Shown: piece after piece, positions 10,426 to 19,257 of the stretch
How the letters are laid out: each line of letters starts with the position of its first letter
Position numbering within the stretch: position 1 is the first letter of the stretch
Source of the DNA: Myxococcota bacterium
GTDB lineage: Bacteria > Myxococcota_A > Polyangia > Polyangiales > Sandaracinaceae
Length of the DNA stretch: 64,000 nucleotides
Direction: 5' to 3'
Assembly (NCBI GenBank): GCA_036149055.1
Contig: JAYZQJ010000227.1
Location: forward strand, 32,001-96,000
Made by a program: the position numbers and the translations under genes
Notes under the pieces: model-generated
Database searches by the model: none
The model's input: only the letters and a program-made list of their open reading frames with translations
What the model was told of the DNA's origin: nothing

Positions 10426-11262
10426 ATGACCGAGCTCGCCCGCTGCGCGGCGCACCCCGACGTCCCGGCGTCGGAGACGTGCGCGCGCTGCGGCGACTAC
10501 TACTGCCGCGGCTGCGCCGACCCTCGCCACGCGAGCGTGTGCATCCGCTGCGGCGAGCGGCTCCCGAGCGGCATCGCCTGGGAGGATCGACGTCACGGCG
10601 TCTTGCCATGGCGCTGGCTGAAGACGGTCGCCCAGATCGTGCTCCGCCCGAGGGTGGCCTTCCCCGGGCCGGCGCGCTTCGGCGCCTCGGTGGGCTTCGC
10701 CGCCGCATGCGGCCTCGCCATCGGTGTGCTGCTCGTGTCGATCGGCGCCGCCCTCCTCGTCCCGCCCGACGGCCTGCTCCGCCAGCTCCTCGGCGGCCGC
10801 ACCCCCGCGCTGCTCGGCCTCAGCGGCGCCTTCGTGCTCGGCGTCCCGGTGGGCTTCACCGTCGCCTGGACCGCGGCCTCGGGGCTCTCCTTCGCCGCCG
10901 GGCTCGCCAGCGTGGGGCGGAGCCGCGGCGCGCTCCGCTTCGGGCTGCGGGCGTGCGGCTACGCGCAGGCGATCACCCTGCTGGCGGTGCTCGTGCCCTT
11001 CTGCTTCGCCCTCCCCGCCCAGCTCGTGGGCGACAGCCGGCTCCTGTTCCAGCTCGGGCACGCGAGCTGGATCGCCAGCAGCCTCGCCTGGCCCCTCCTC
11101 ACCGGGCGGGTCTGCTTCTGGGCCGGGCGCGGCCTCGGCCTCGACACGTCGCGCGCGATGATGGCCGCCATCGGGCCGACCTTCGCCTGCGCGCCGCTCG
11201 CGGCGTTCGTCACCGATCAGCAGCTCGAGCTCCTCGCCCAGTCCGCGGCGCTCGGCGTCTGA
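10426..11262 (+). CDS. membrane protein with N-terminal B-box-like zinc finger (YIP1-like)
   Basis: CAAHP..A..CARCGDYYCRGC...CIRC, then 'IAWED' and several hydrophobic helices. Confidence 0.7.
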   Translation: MTELARCAAHPDVPASETCARCGDYYCRGCADPRHASVCIRCGERLPSGIAWEDRRHGVLPWRWLKTVAQIVLRPRVAFPGPARFGASVGFAAACGLAIGVLLVSIGAALLVPPDGLLRQLLGGRTPALLGLSGAFVLGVPVGFTVAWTAASGLSFAAGLASVGRSRGALRFGLRACGYAQAITLLAVLVPFCFALPAQLVGDSRLLFQLGHASWIASSLAWPLLTGRVCFWAGRGLGLDTSRAMMAAIGPTFACAPLAAFVTDQQLELLAQSAALGV

Positions 11263-11304
11263 ATGCCGCCGCCGTTGCCAACGTCCATCCCCGGGACCAC
11301 CTTC

Positions 11305-11619
11305 ATGCCCGTGAACCGCCTCGCCCCGCTCCTCGGCCTCGCCGCCCTCCTGGCGCTCCCGATGATCGCGCTCGCCCAGAACCAGGTCCCGGAGTGCGTG
11401 ACCGTCAGCCACTCCGCCCGCTGGGGCGCGGCCGGCTACGATCACTGGGTCCGGGTCGACAACGGCTGCGAGCGCGCCGTCCGCTGCACGGTCGCCACGA
11501 ACGTGAACCCCGACCCGTCCACGATCCGTGTCCCCGCCGGTCAGTCGGAGGAGGTCCTGACCTGGCGCGGCTCCCCCGCCAGCGAGTTCACCCCCCGCGT
11601 GACCTGCGAAGAACAGTGA
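11305..11619 (+). CDS. small secreted protein with four Cys
   Basis: Signal peptide (LAPLLGLAALLALPMIALA) followed by a beta-rich domain. Confidence 0.7.
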   Translation: MPVNRLAPLLGLAALLALPMIALAQNQVPECVTVSHSARWGAAGYDHWVRVDNGCERAVRCTVATNVNPDPSTIRVPAGQSEEVLTWRGSPASEFTPRVTCEEQ

Positions 11620-11626
11620 GCCGGCG

Positions 11627-12340
11627 TCAGCTCTCTTCGATCGCGCGCCTGACCACGCGGTCGAGGTCTTCGAGCGCGCTGGCCTCGGCAGCGTCCGCGC
11701 GCGGATTGCCCGCGGCGACGGCGCGCGCGGACTCGCGGACGGCCTCGGCGCAGGCGGCGACGACGAAGAGGAAGGCGCCCTGCGCGGGGTCGCCGGCGGC
11801 CGCGAGCACGTCGAGGCGGGCCGGCCCCTCGGGGGACGAGAGCGCGACCTGCACGCCGACGCCGAGGTAGGCGCTGCGGGCGCGGGCCTGATCGAGCCGG
11901 AGCGCCTCGCGCTGCGCTTCGCCGGCCGCCAGCCCCTCGGCGCCGCGGGCGACCAGCGCCGCCGCGCGCGCCGCCTCCGCGCTGCCCGGCTCGGCCGCGC
12001 TCCGGTAGCCGCCCGCGCCGAAGCCCGAGACGGCCACCGCCTCGCAGGCCTCCGCCGCCGCCAGGAGCTCGGCCGGCTCGGCGCCGCCCACCGACAGCTC
12101 GAGCGCGCGGACGACCGGCTCGGGGGCCTCGGTGAAGGTGTCGACGGCGGTGAGCACCGCGGCCGCGGTCGCCTCGACGAGCACCTCGACCGGCGTGCCC
12201 CCGACCGCGGCGAGCCAGAGGCGATGATCGGCCCGGGCGACGCGCGCCCACGCGGCGTCGAACTCGAGCTCCGCCTCCTTCACCTCGGCGACGAGCGCGT
12301 CGGGGGCGTCGGCGGACTCCAAGAGCGCGTGCAGCTCCAT
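11627..12340 (-). CDS. hypothetical protein
   Basis: Ala/Glu-rich ORF directly downstream of the sigma54 regulator on the same strand. Confidence 0.65.
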   Translation of the reverse strand: MELHALLESADAPDALVAEVKEAELEFDAAWARVARADHRLWLAAVGGTPVEVLVEATAAAVLTAVDTFTEAPEPVVRALELSVGGAEPAELLAAAEACEAVAVSGFGAGGYRSAAEPGSAEAARAAALVARGAEGLAAGEAQREALRLDQARARSAYLGVGVQVALSSPEGPARLDVLAAAGDPAQGAFLFVVAACAEAVRESARAVAAGNPRADAAEASALEDLDRVVRRAIEES

Positions 12341-12355
12341 GACCCGAGTATGGGG

Positions 12356-13738
12356 TCATTCGAGGTCGAGGCGGCGGAGCTTCTTCCAGAGCGTCGAGCG
12401 CGACACGCCGAGCAGCTCGGCGGCCTTGCTCTTGTTGCCCTCGGTGTGCTTCAGCGTCGCCTCGATGTGCCGGCGCTCGGCGTCGTCGCAGGCCTCGCGG
12501 GCCACGTCCTCGAGCCGCCGCGGCACGAACGGCGCCGGGGCGTCCGGGGGCAGCGAGCTGACGAGCGGCTCGTGCGCCCGCCCGAGCACCGAGGCGACGT
12601 CGTCCGGGCTGACCTCGGGGCCGTCGATCAGGAGCGCGAGCCGCTCGACCACGTTGCGCAGCTCCCGCACGTTCCCGGGCCAGGCGTGGTCCGCGAGGTG
12701 GGTGAGCGCCTCGGGCGTGAAGCGGACCGGGCCCCGGCCGGTCTGGCGCCGCACGTCCGAGAGGATGGCCTTGGCGAGCGCGGGCACGTCGGCGCGGCGC
12801 TGACGGAGCGGCGGCACCCGGATCACCACCGACGCCAGCCGGTAGTACAGATCGGCCCGCATGCGCCCCGCCGCGACCTCGGCCTCCGGGTCCCGGTTGG
12901 TGGCGGCCACGATGCGCACGTCGCCGTGGACCTCCCGCCGGGCGCCGACCGGGTAGTAGCGGTGGGTCTCGATCACGCGGAGGAGCTTGGCCTGCAGCTC
13001 GGTGCGGAGCTCGGCGATCTCGTCGAGCAGGAGCGTGCCTCCGTCGGCCGCGGCGAAGAACCCGCTCCGGTCGGTGCGCGCGTCGGTGAAGGCGCCGCGC
13101 ACCGCGCCGAAGAGCTCCGCCTCGATCATGGTGTCGGGGATGGCGGCGACGTTGATCCGCACGAAGGGGCCGCGCGCCCGGTTGGACTGGCGGTGCAGGT
13201 AGGCGGCCACGATCTCCTTGCCCACCCCGCTCTCGCCCACCAGGAGGACGGCGGTGTCGCTACCCGCGGTGCGGCGCGCGAGCTCGAGCGTCGCCCTCAT
13301 CGCCTCCGACTGCGCGGTCGCGGCCGGGTCCGGATCGTCCTGCACGGTCCGCTGCAGGAAGTCGACGCGCCGCCGGAGCCGGGTCGTCTCGACCACCCGG
13401 TCGAGCACGTGCTCGAGCGCCTTCATCGTGAGCGGCTTGTTGACGTAGTCCGCCGCCCCCGCCCGCATCGCGTCGACCGCGGTGGTCACGTCGGTGTCCC
13501 CGGTGACCACGATGACCGGGGGCGCGTCGTCGCCGGAGATGCGGCGCAGCAGATCCAGCCCGCTCATGCCCGGGAGGTGGAGGTCGGTGACGACGACGTC
13601 GACCATCTCGCGGCCGAGCGCCTCGACCGCGTCCTCCGCCGACGGGACATGAGAGACCTGGTGCCCGCCGCGCGACAGGTATTGCTCCATCATGCGCGAC
13701 TCGAACGGGTCGTCTTCGACGATGAGTACGGAGGGCAC
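12356..13738 (-). CDS. sigma54-dependent response regulator (NtrC family)
   Basis: Receiver domain (LIVEDD, TDLHLPGMSG, KP), GESGVGKE, GAFTDA, LLDEI, WPGNVRELRN, Fis-type HTH. GTG start inferred. Confidence 0.93.
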   Translation of the reverse strand: MPSVLIVEDDPFESRMMEQYLSRGGHQVSHVPSAEDAVEALGREMVDVVVTDLHLPGMSGLDLLRRISGDDAPPVIVVTGDTDVTTAVDAMRAGAADYVNKPLTMKALEHVLDRVVETTRLRRRVDFLQRTVQDDPDPAATAQSEAMRATLELARRTAGSDTAVLLVGESGVGKEIVAAYLHRQSNRARGPFVRINVAAIPDTMIEAELFGAVRGAFTDARTDRSGFFAAADGGTLLLDEIAELRTELQAKLLRVIETHRYYPVGARREVHGDVRIVAATNRDPEAEVAAGRMRADLYYRLASVVIRVPPLRQRRADVPALAKAILSDVRRQTGRGPVRFTPEALTHLADHAWPGNVRELRNVVERLALLIDGPEVSPDDVASVLGRAHEPLVSSLPPDAPAPFVPRRLEDVAREACDDAERRHIEATLKHTEGNKSKAAELLGVSRSTLWKKLRRLDLE

Positions 13739-13808
13739 CGAGGCGATCCTATCAGCCGCGCGAACCGCGGGTGTCCAGACTTCGCCCCTCAGCGCTACCA
13801 TCCCCGCC

Positions 13809-14693
13809 ATGACGCCCGCCGAACGAGACGCGATCCTCGGCGCGCTGCCCGACGGGGCGCTCGCGGAGCGCTACGCCGGCGGGGTGGCGAGCCTGATCGT
13901 CGCCCACGACGGCGCGCTGGTCGACGGCGCGGTCGGGCTGGGCCCCGAGCCCGAGGTCTGGCGCCGACCGCTGCCGCACTCCGACCCGGCGCAGCTGCAG
14001 CGCTGGCTCGAGATGATCGAGCGGCGGCGCGGGCAGCTGGCCCACGACCTCAGCGGACCGGCCACCGGGGTGATGGCCGCGCTCGAGACGGTGCTGGAGT
14101 TCGAGCCGATCCCCGACTCGTCGCGCCGGCTGCTGACCGAGGCGCGCTCCGGCATGCTGCGGCTCACCCGGCTGCTCGACGATCGCAGCGGGCTGGTGAA
14201 CGCGCGGAGCAACGCGGTCGCCGCGCCCCTCGTCTCGCTGGTCGAGCACTGGTGCCAGAACCTGCGGGAGGCCTACGACCCGGATCACGAGCGCTTCCAG
14301 ACCCGCGTCGTCGCCTCGCTGTCGGAGGCGCGGGTGGACGCCACCCTCGCGCAGGGCGCGCTCTCGGTCATGTTCGCCAACGCCTGGAAGTTCCGGAAGG
14401 GGCAGCGGGCGGAGCTCGAGGTCCGGGCGGAGCAGCTCGGCGGCCGCCTGCACCTCGAGGTGACCGACGATGGCCGAGGCATCGACTCCGACACTTGCCG
14501 ACAGGCGGGGGAGCTCGGCTTCTCGGGGCGCGCGAACGGCGTGGGCTGCGGGCTCTTCCTGCTGCGCTGGGCGTCGCGAGGCCCGAGCCCGGGGGTGGTC
14601 ATCATTGCCCCGTCACCAAACGGTGGCACCAGAACGGCGATGTTTCTTCCGATGAACAATATCACCCCACCTCGGGGACAGGTGTTCGGCTGA
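13809..14693 (+). CDS. sensor histidine kinase (cytoplasmic)
   Basis: H-box LAHDLSGP, N-box FANAWKF, DDGRGI, GVGCGL. Divergent from the response regulator. Confidence 0.85.
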   Translation: MTPAERDAILGALPDGALAERYAGGVASLIVAHDGALVDGAVGLGPEPEVWRRPLPHSDPAQLQRWLEMIERRRGQLAHDLSGPATGVMAALETVLEFEPIPDSSRRLLTEARSGMLRLTRLLDDRSGLVNARSNAVAAPLVSLVEHWCQNLREAYDPDHERFQTRVVASLSEARVDATLAQGALSVMFANAWKFRKGQRAELEVRAEQLGGRLHLEVTDDGRGIDSDTCRQAGELGFSGRANGVGCGLFLLRWASRGPSPGVVIIAPSPNGGTRTAMFLPMNNITPPRGQVFG

Positions 14694-14742
14694 CGAAACA
14701 CTGTTCACATCGTCGAACACCGGGTGTTCTGACCGAGAAACG
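14641..14742. promoter_or_regulatory. four 18-bp TGTT-N10-AAC(A/G) boxes, putative enhancer for a sigma54 activator
   Basis: TGTTTCTTCCGATGAACA (14641), TGTTCGGCTGACGAAACA (14683), TGTTCACATCGTCGAACA (14702), TGTTCTGACCGAGAAACG (14725). Confidence 0.65.
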
Positions 14743-14782
14743 CATCTCCCGGGAAAGCGCAACGATTCCGTGACGGCGAAGC

Positions 14783-14797
14783 CGGCCCGGGGATTGC
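14783..14797 (+). promoter_or_regulatory. putative sigma54 (-24/-12) promoter
   Basis: CGGCCCGGGGATTGC (GG-N10-GC), lying between the enhancer boxes and ATG 14813. Confidence 0.55.
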
Positions 14798-14812
14798 GTC
14801 ATCTCCAGCCGA

Positions 14813-15517
14813 ATGGCTTCACGTGCATTCGCTTCCAGCGCCCCCGGCCCTTCGGCGGCGCTCATCGTCGAGGAGGTCCTCGCCAGCGTGCTCTCTCCGG
14901 AGCGCCGCGGTGAGGTGATCGGCGAGGCGCTCGGCATGGCGGCCATCCCCGCCATCCCCGACTCGCCGGCCAGCCTCCGGGTCTTCGTCGAGGGCGCCCT
15001 GTTCTCGACCCTCGCCCGGCACCTCGAGGTGTCGGACGCGCTCGAGCTGGTGGGCCAGATCCGCTCGGCGCTCGAGCTGGCGATGGACACGCTCGAGGAC
15101 CAGCGCCCGACCTCCGACATCCACACCCGGATGTCGCTCCCGGCGGGGCCTCAGCGCGTGCTCGTGGTCAGCCAGGCCTCGCTGGTCGTCTTCCTGCTGC
15201 AGGACGTGGTCGGCGACGCGGTCGAGGTCCTCCCGGTGTCGAACACCCCGGACCTGCGCGATCGCCTCCGCCGCATGTCCGGCCAGGCGCTCCTCGTGGT
15301 GATCGACCGGAAGCACCCCTGCGTGGGCCCCGGCGTCTGCAACCTGCTCCGCACCGAGCTCGGCCCCGACAGCACGGTGATCTGGTGGGGCGCGCACGGC
15401 GCCGAGCGCGAAGAGGTCGCCCGACGGCTCCGGGGCGGACCGCAGGCGATCCCCTGCGACTTCGACCTCCGGCTCACCGACCTCGGCGATCTCTGCCAGC
15501 GCTTGCTGGAAGAGTAG
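14813..15517 (+). CDS. hypothetical protein with a degenerate receiver-like C-terminal domain
   Basis: RVLVVSQ...LLVVID alpha/beta pattern. Confidence 0.65.
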   Translation: MASRAFASSAPGPSAALIVEEVLASVLSPERRGEVIGEALGMAAIPAIPDSPASLRVFVEGALFSTLARHLEVSDALELVGQIRSALELAMDTLEDQRPTSDIHTRMSLPAGPQRVLVVSQASLVVFLLQDVVGDAVEVLPVSNTPDLRDRLRRMSGQALLVVIDRKHPCVGPGVCNLLRTELGPDSTVIWWGAHGAEREEVARRLRGGPQAIPCDFDLRLTDLGDLCQRLLEE

Positions 15518-15520
15518 CGG

Positions 15521-15946
15521 TCACTTCTTCTTGGTCGCGCTCTCGACGAGGTCCTCGAACACCTCGCCGAGGATGCCGCGACCGCGCGGGCTGGCCGCGG
15601 CCGCGCCGAGCGCGCTGATGCCGGTGGCCGCGAGCCCGAGCAGCTGCTGTTGACGGCGCTGCTCCTCCCGCTCCTTCTTGCGGGCCTCGGCGCCCTCGAA
15701 CGCTTCGCCACAGTGGGCGCAGCTCGACCGCGCGACCGAGCTGGACTGGGCGCAGAAGAGGCACACCGCCTGGAGCGAGCCGTTGCACCGCGCGCAGCGG
15801 AGGCGGCTCGGCAGGTTGTCGTCCCCGCAGGCCGGGCAGCTCACGCCGGCGGGCGCGCCCGGGAAGGGGGTGTCGCAGTAGGAGCAGGCGACCAGCCCGG
15901 TGAGGGACGGCGCGCCGCAGGCCTCGCACTCGGCTGGCGTGGTCAC
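15521..15946 (-). CDS. multi zinc-ribbon protein
   Basis: Six CxxC motifs followed by a coiled-coil/amphipathic tail. Confidence 0.75.
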   Translation of the reverse strand: MTTPAECEACGAPSLTGLVACSYCDTPFPGAPAGVSCPACGDDNLPSRLRCARCNGSLQAVCLFCAQSSSVARSSCAHCGEAFEGAEARKKEREEQRRQQQLLGLAATGISALGAAAASPRGRGILGEVFEDLVESATKKK

Positions 15947-15996
15947 AGCGAGGTCGAGGATACCCAGGCCCGGCCGCTCCGTGCTAGCACCAAGCC

Positions 15997-16641
15997 GTGG
16001 CCGACCCGTTGCCGCTGGTCGTGCTCGTCAGCGGGCGCGGCTCGAACCTGCACGCCATCGCCGACGCGATCGACGCCGGAGCCTGCCGCGCCCGGATCGT
16101 CGGCGTGGTCTCCGACCGCGGCCCGGAGCGCTGCGAGGCGCTCGGCTGGGCGTCCGAGCGCGGCGTGCGGACGCAGACCGTCTCCCCGAAGGCGCACCCC
16201 GACCGGGCCGCCTGGGACGCCGCCCTCACCGACGCGGTGGCGGGCTTCTCGCCGGAGCTGGTGGTGCTCGCCGGCTTCATGCGGATCGTCGGCGAGACCT
16301 TCCTCGGTCGCTTCGGGGGCCGGACGCTCAACGTGCATCCGTCGCTGCTCCCCTCCTTCCCCGGCCTGGCCGCCCCCGAGCAGGCCATCGACGCCGGGGT
16401 GCGGATCAGCGGCTGCACCGTGCACCTGGTCGACGCCGGAGTCGACACCGGGCCCATCCTCGCTCAGGCCGCGGTCCCGGTCCGCCCGACCGACGACGCC
16501 GCCGCGCTCCACGCCCGCATCCAGCAGCACGAGCACCGCCTGCTGCCGCAGGTGATCGACTGGCTCGCCACCGGGGCCCTCTCCCTCGAGGAGCGGCGGG
16601 CCCCCGACGCCGACGGCGTGCTCTTCTCTCCCGGGGTGTGA
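15997..16641 (+). CDS. purN: phosphoribosylglycinamide formyltransferase
   Basis: SGRGSNL, LAGFMRIV, NVHPSLLPSFPG, GCTVHLVDAGVDTGPI, EHRL. Confidence 0.96.
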   Translation: MADPLPLVVLVSGRGSNLHAIADAIDAGACRARIVGVVSDRGPERCEALGWASERGVRTQTVSPKAHPDRAAWDAALTDAVAGFSPELVVLAGFMRIVGETFLGRFGGRTLNVHPSLLPSFPGLAAPEQAIDAGVRISGCTVHLVDAGVDTGPILAQAAVPVRPTDDAAALHARIQQHEHRLLPQVIDWLATGALSLEERRAPDADGVLFSPGV

Positions 16642-16781
16642 GCGAGCTTGGCGCGCCGGCGCTTGCCGGATCGAGCAAGAGTTGCGTGAAGGGCCGACCG
16701 GCGCTCGCGCAGGCCTCTGCAGCTCCGTTTTCACTGTGATCCCGAAGACTTGGTCCCTGCATCGGCCGCGGGCACGCCGCC

Positions 16782-16796
16782 TGGCGCGGCGGTTGC
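16782..16796 (+). promoter_or_regulatory. putative sigma54 promoter
   Basis: TGGCGCGGCGGTTGC, 60 nt upstream of ATG 16857, which has an AGGAG RBS. Confidence 0.65.
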
Positions 16797-16856
16797 GGAA
16801 GGGGAGGACGTGCCGCGCCATGGAGACGCGGCCCGCGCAAACCTCAGGAGACCACC

Positions 16857-17291
16857 ATGAACTTCGATCTCAACCAGCTCGCCGCCGCCGCCAACGCCCC
16901 CGACACCGAGGAGGGCACGCTCGACATGCCCAAGGCGATCATGGGCGCCCTCGCGGGAGCGCTCGTCATCGGCCTCGTCTACGGCGTGGTCGGCCGCTTC
17001 GTCGCCGAGTTCAGCTACCTGGCCGTCCTCATCGGGACCGCCAGCGGCCTCGCGGCGGTGCGTCTCGGCGGCAAGGCCAGCCGCACGGCCGGCATCGTGG
17101 CCGCGGTGGCCTCGCTGGTGATGGTCCTCGCCGCCAAGATCCTCGTCGGCGCGCCCGCGGGCAGCAGCTGGATCAGCTACCACACCACCCTCTTCGACAT
17201 CATCTTCTGCTACATCGCCAACCCCGTCGCGGCCTTCGCCGCGGGCGGCACCGGCGTGGGGCGCGGCCTGCTCTCGAAGCTGCCCTTCTGA
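16857..17291 (+). CDS. small multi-pass membrane protein
   Basis: AGGAG RBS and 3-4 hydrophobic helices. Confidence 0.75.
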   Translation: MNFDLNQLAAAANAPDTEEGTLDMPKAIMGALAGALVIGLVYGVVGRFVAEFSYLAVLIGTASGLAAVRLGGKASRTAGIVAAVASLVMVLAAKILVGAPAGSSWISYHTTLFDIIFCYIANPVAAFAAGGTGVGRGLLSKLPF

Positions 17292-17392
17292 ACGGAATCC
17301 CTTCTTTGCGCGGCCGGTCGGGGCCTCGCGTCACAATGGTGTGAGGGGAGGCCTCGGCCGGACACTTCTCTCGGGCACCGCGCAAGGAAGCC

Positions 17393-17419
17393 GCGAGGAC
17401 CTCGTCACGAGGTCCTCGC
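17393..17419. terminator. perfect 12-bp hairpin between convergent genes
   Basis: GCGAGGACCTCG-TCA-CGAGGTCCTCGC followed by AATTTT. Confidence 0.65.
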
Positions 17420-17424
17420 AATTT

Positions 17425-19236
17425 TCATTCGTAGCTCTTCTTGATGCCGTACGACTTGATCTTGTGCACCAGCGTGCGGAGCGGCATGCGGAGGATCTTC
17501 GCCGCCTGCGTCTGGTTGCCGCCGGTGCGCGCGAGGGCGTCGAGGATGAGCTGGGTCTCGTAGGCCTTCACCCGCTCCTTGAAGTCCGCGTCGGGATCGG
17601 CCTCGGGCGCGGCGGGCGTCGCCCCCTGCACCGGCGCCGGGGCGCGCAGCCGATCGGGCAGATCCTCGGGCCCGATCGTGTCGCCGGCGCAGACGATCAC
17701 CGCGCGCTCGATCACGTTGCGCAGCTCGCGCACGTTCCCCGGCCAGGCGTGCGACCGGAGCAGCGCCCACGCCGCCGGATCGATCGCGCGCACGCGCCCT
17801 CCCGAGGCCTGGGCCGCCTCCGCGAGGAACCGGCGCGCGAGCGCCTCGAGGTCCTCGGGCCGCGCGCGAAGAGGCGGCACCTCGAGCCGCATCGTCTCGA
17901 GCCGGAACAGGAGGTCCTGCCGGAAGGTGCCCTCGCGCACCATCGCCTCGAGGTCGCGGTGGGTGGCGGCCACGATGCGCGCGTCGACCGCGATCTCCTC
18001 GGCGCCTCCCACGCGGGTGACCCGCTTGGTCTCCAGCACGCGGAGCAGGGCCGCCTGCGCCTGCGCGTCGAGCTCGCCGACCTCGTCGAGGAAGAGGGTG
18101 CCGCCGTGGGCCTGCTCGAAGAGCCCGGGCGCGGTGCGATCGGCGCCGGTGAAGGCGCCCTTCTCGTGACCGAAGAGCGTCGCCTGCAGGAGGGTCAGGG
18201 GCATCGCGCCGCAGTTCACGCTGCGGAGCGGGCCCGCGGCCCGGGGGCTCGCGGCGTGAATGGCCCGCGCGACCACCTCCTTGCCGCTGCCGGTCTCGCC
18301 GTGCACCAGCACCGGGATGTGCGACGTGGCCACGCGCTCGATCAGGCCATGCAGCGCCTGCATCGCGGGGCTCGCCCACACCGGCGCGCCGGTCACCGTC
18401 CGGGCGCTCGCGTCGCCCTCGACCACCACCCGCGCCCCGGCGGTCGCCTGCCGCGCCAGGCCCCGCGCGCGATCGATCATCGTGTCGGGGCTCGCCCCCT
18501 GGAGCGCGACCCCCGCGACCAGCGTGGGCTCCCCCAGCCGGGCGCCGTCGACCAGCGCCGAGCTCACCGTGCGGGCGCGGGCCGCGTCGGTCTCGGGCAG
18601 CAGCACCAGGGCCGCCCGCTCGCCCCAGAGGGTCACCCGATCCACCGGCCGCAGCGTGCCCCGACAGCGCGGGACCCAGCGGCTCACGTGGGCGTGCTCG
18701 CCGCCGAGGGCCCGGAGGAAGAGGAGCGCGAGCGGGCGGCCGAAGGTGCCGGCCCGGAGCCGCTCGTCCTCCCCGTGCCGGACGAAGCGCTCGTAGCTCT
18801 CGGTGCCGGCGACCAGCGGGCCGCTCGCGCTCGCCAGGCTGAACGAGACGGTGACGTTGCCGAGGGTCACCGCGTCGCCGGGGCCGAGCGTCACCTCCTC
18901 GACCCGGGCGCCCGCGTGGTGCGTCCCGTTCGTCGAGCCGAGATCCTGCACCGCGAGCCCGGCCTTCACGCGGGTGAAGCGGGCGTGCTGCCGCGAGAGG
19001 CTGGGGTCGTCGACGACCACGTCGGCCGGCGCGGAGCGGCCGACGACCAGCGATCCGCCCTCCGCGAGGGGGACGCTCTTGACCCGCTCTCCGTCGGGCG
19101 CGCGGTGATGCAGGACGAGCGCGGCCCGCGGGCCCGACGCCTGCCGCGCCCGCTCCACCGTGTCCTGCGACAGCGTCGTCTGGTCCTTCTCGTGGGGCAG
19201 GCCTCGATCGTGGGCCGCCGGGGCCGCCGCCGTCAA
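17425..19236 (-). CDS. FHA-domain sigma54-dependent activator with a degenerate GGDEF-like middle domain (start uncertain)
   Basis: FHA (VVGRS, SLSRQHA, DLGSTNGT), GETGSGKE, GAFTGA, FLDEVGEL, WPGNVRELRN, HTH. Confidence 0.88.
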   Translation of the reverse strand: MTAAAPAAHDRGLPHEKDQTTLSQDTVERARQASGPRAALVLHHRAPDGERVKSVPLAEGGSLVVGRSAPADVVVDDPSLSRQHARFTRVKAGLAVQDLGSTNGTHHAGARVEEVTLGPGDAVTLGNVTVSFSLASASGPLVAGTESYERFVRHGEDERLRAGTFGRPLALLFLRALGGEHAHVSRWVPRCRGTLRPVDRVTLWGERAALVLLPETDAARARTVSSALVDGARLGEPTLVAGVALQGASPDTMIDRARGLARQATAGARVVVEGDASARTVTGAPVWASPAMQALHGLIERVATSHIPVLVHGETGSGKEVVARAIHAASPRAAGPLRSVNCGAMPLTLLQATLFGHEKGAFTGADRTAPGLFEQAHGGTLFLDEVGELDAQAQAALLRVLETKRVTRVGGAEEIAVDARIVAATHRDLEAMVREGTFRQDLLFRLETMRLEVPPLRARPEDLEALARRFLAEAAQASGGRVRAIDPAAWALLRSHAWPGNVRELRNVIERAVIVCAGDTIGPEDLPDRLRAPAPVQGATPAAPEADPDADFKERVKAYETQLILDALARTGGNQTQAAKILRMPLRTLVHKIKSYGIKKSYE

Positions 19237-19257
19237 CGCGTGCCATGATGGCCGACG

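Noticed and set aside
6900..10427. Long antisense or alternate-frame ORFs (e.g. 6900..10427, 22141..24825, 32062..34626, 53799..55919)
   Set aside because: These are high-GC artefacts, mostly Arg/Gly/Ala/Pro-rich, opposite genes that have clear family motifs.
19230..19245. Sigma54 promoter for the FHA activator (TGGCACG on the minus strand)
   Set aside because: There is no GC at the required -12 spacing (TGGCACGCGTTGACG).
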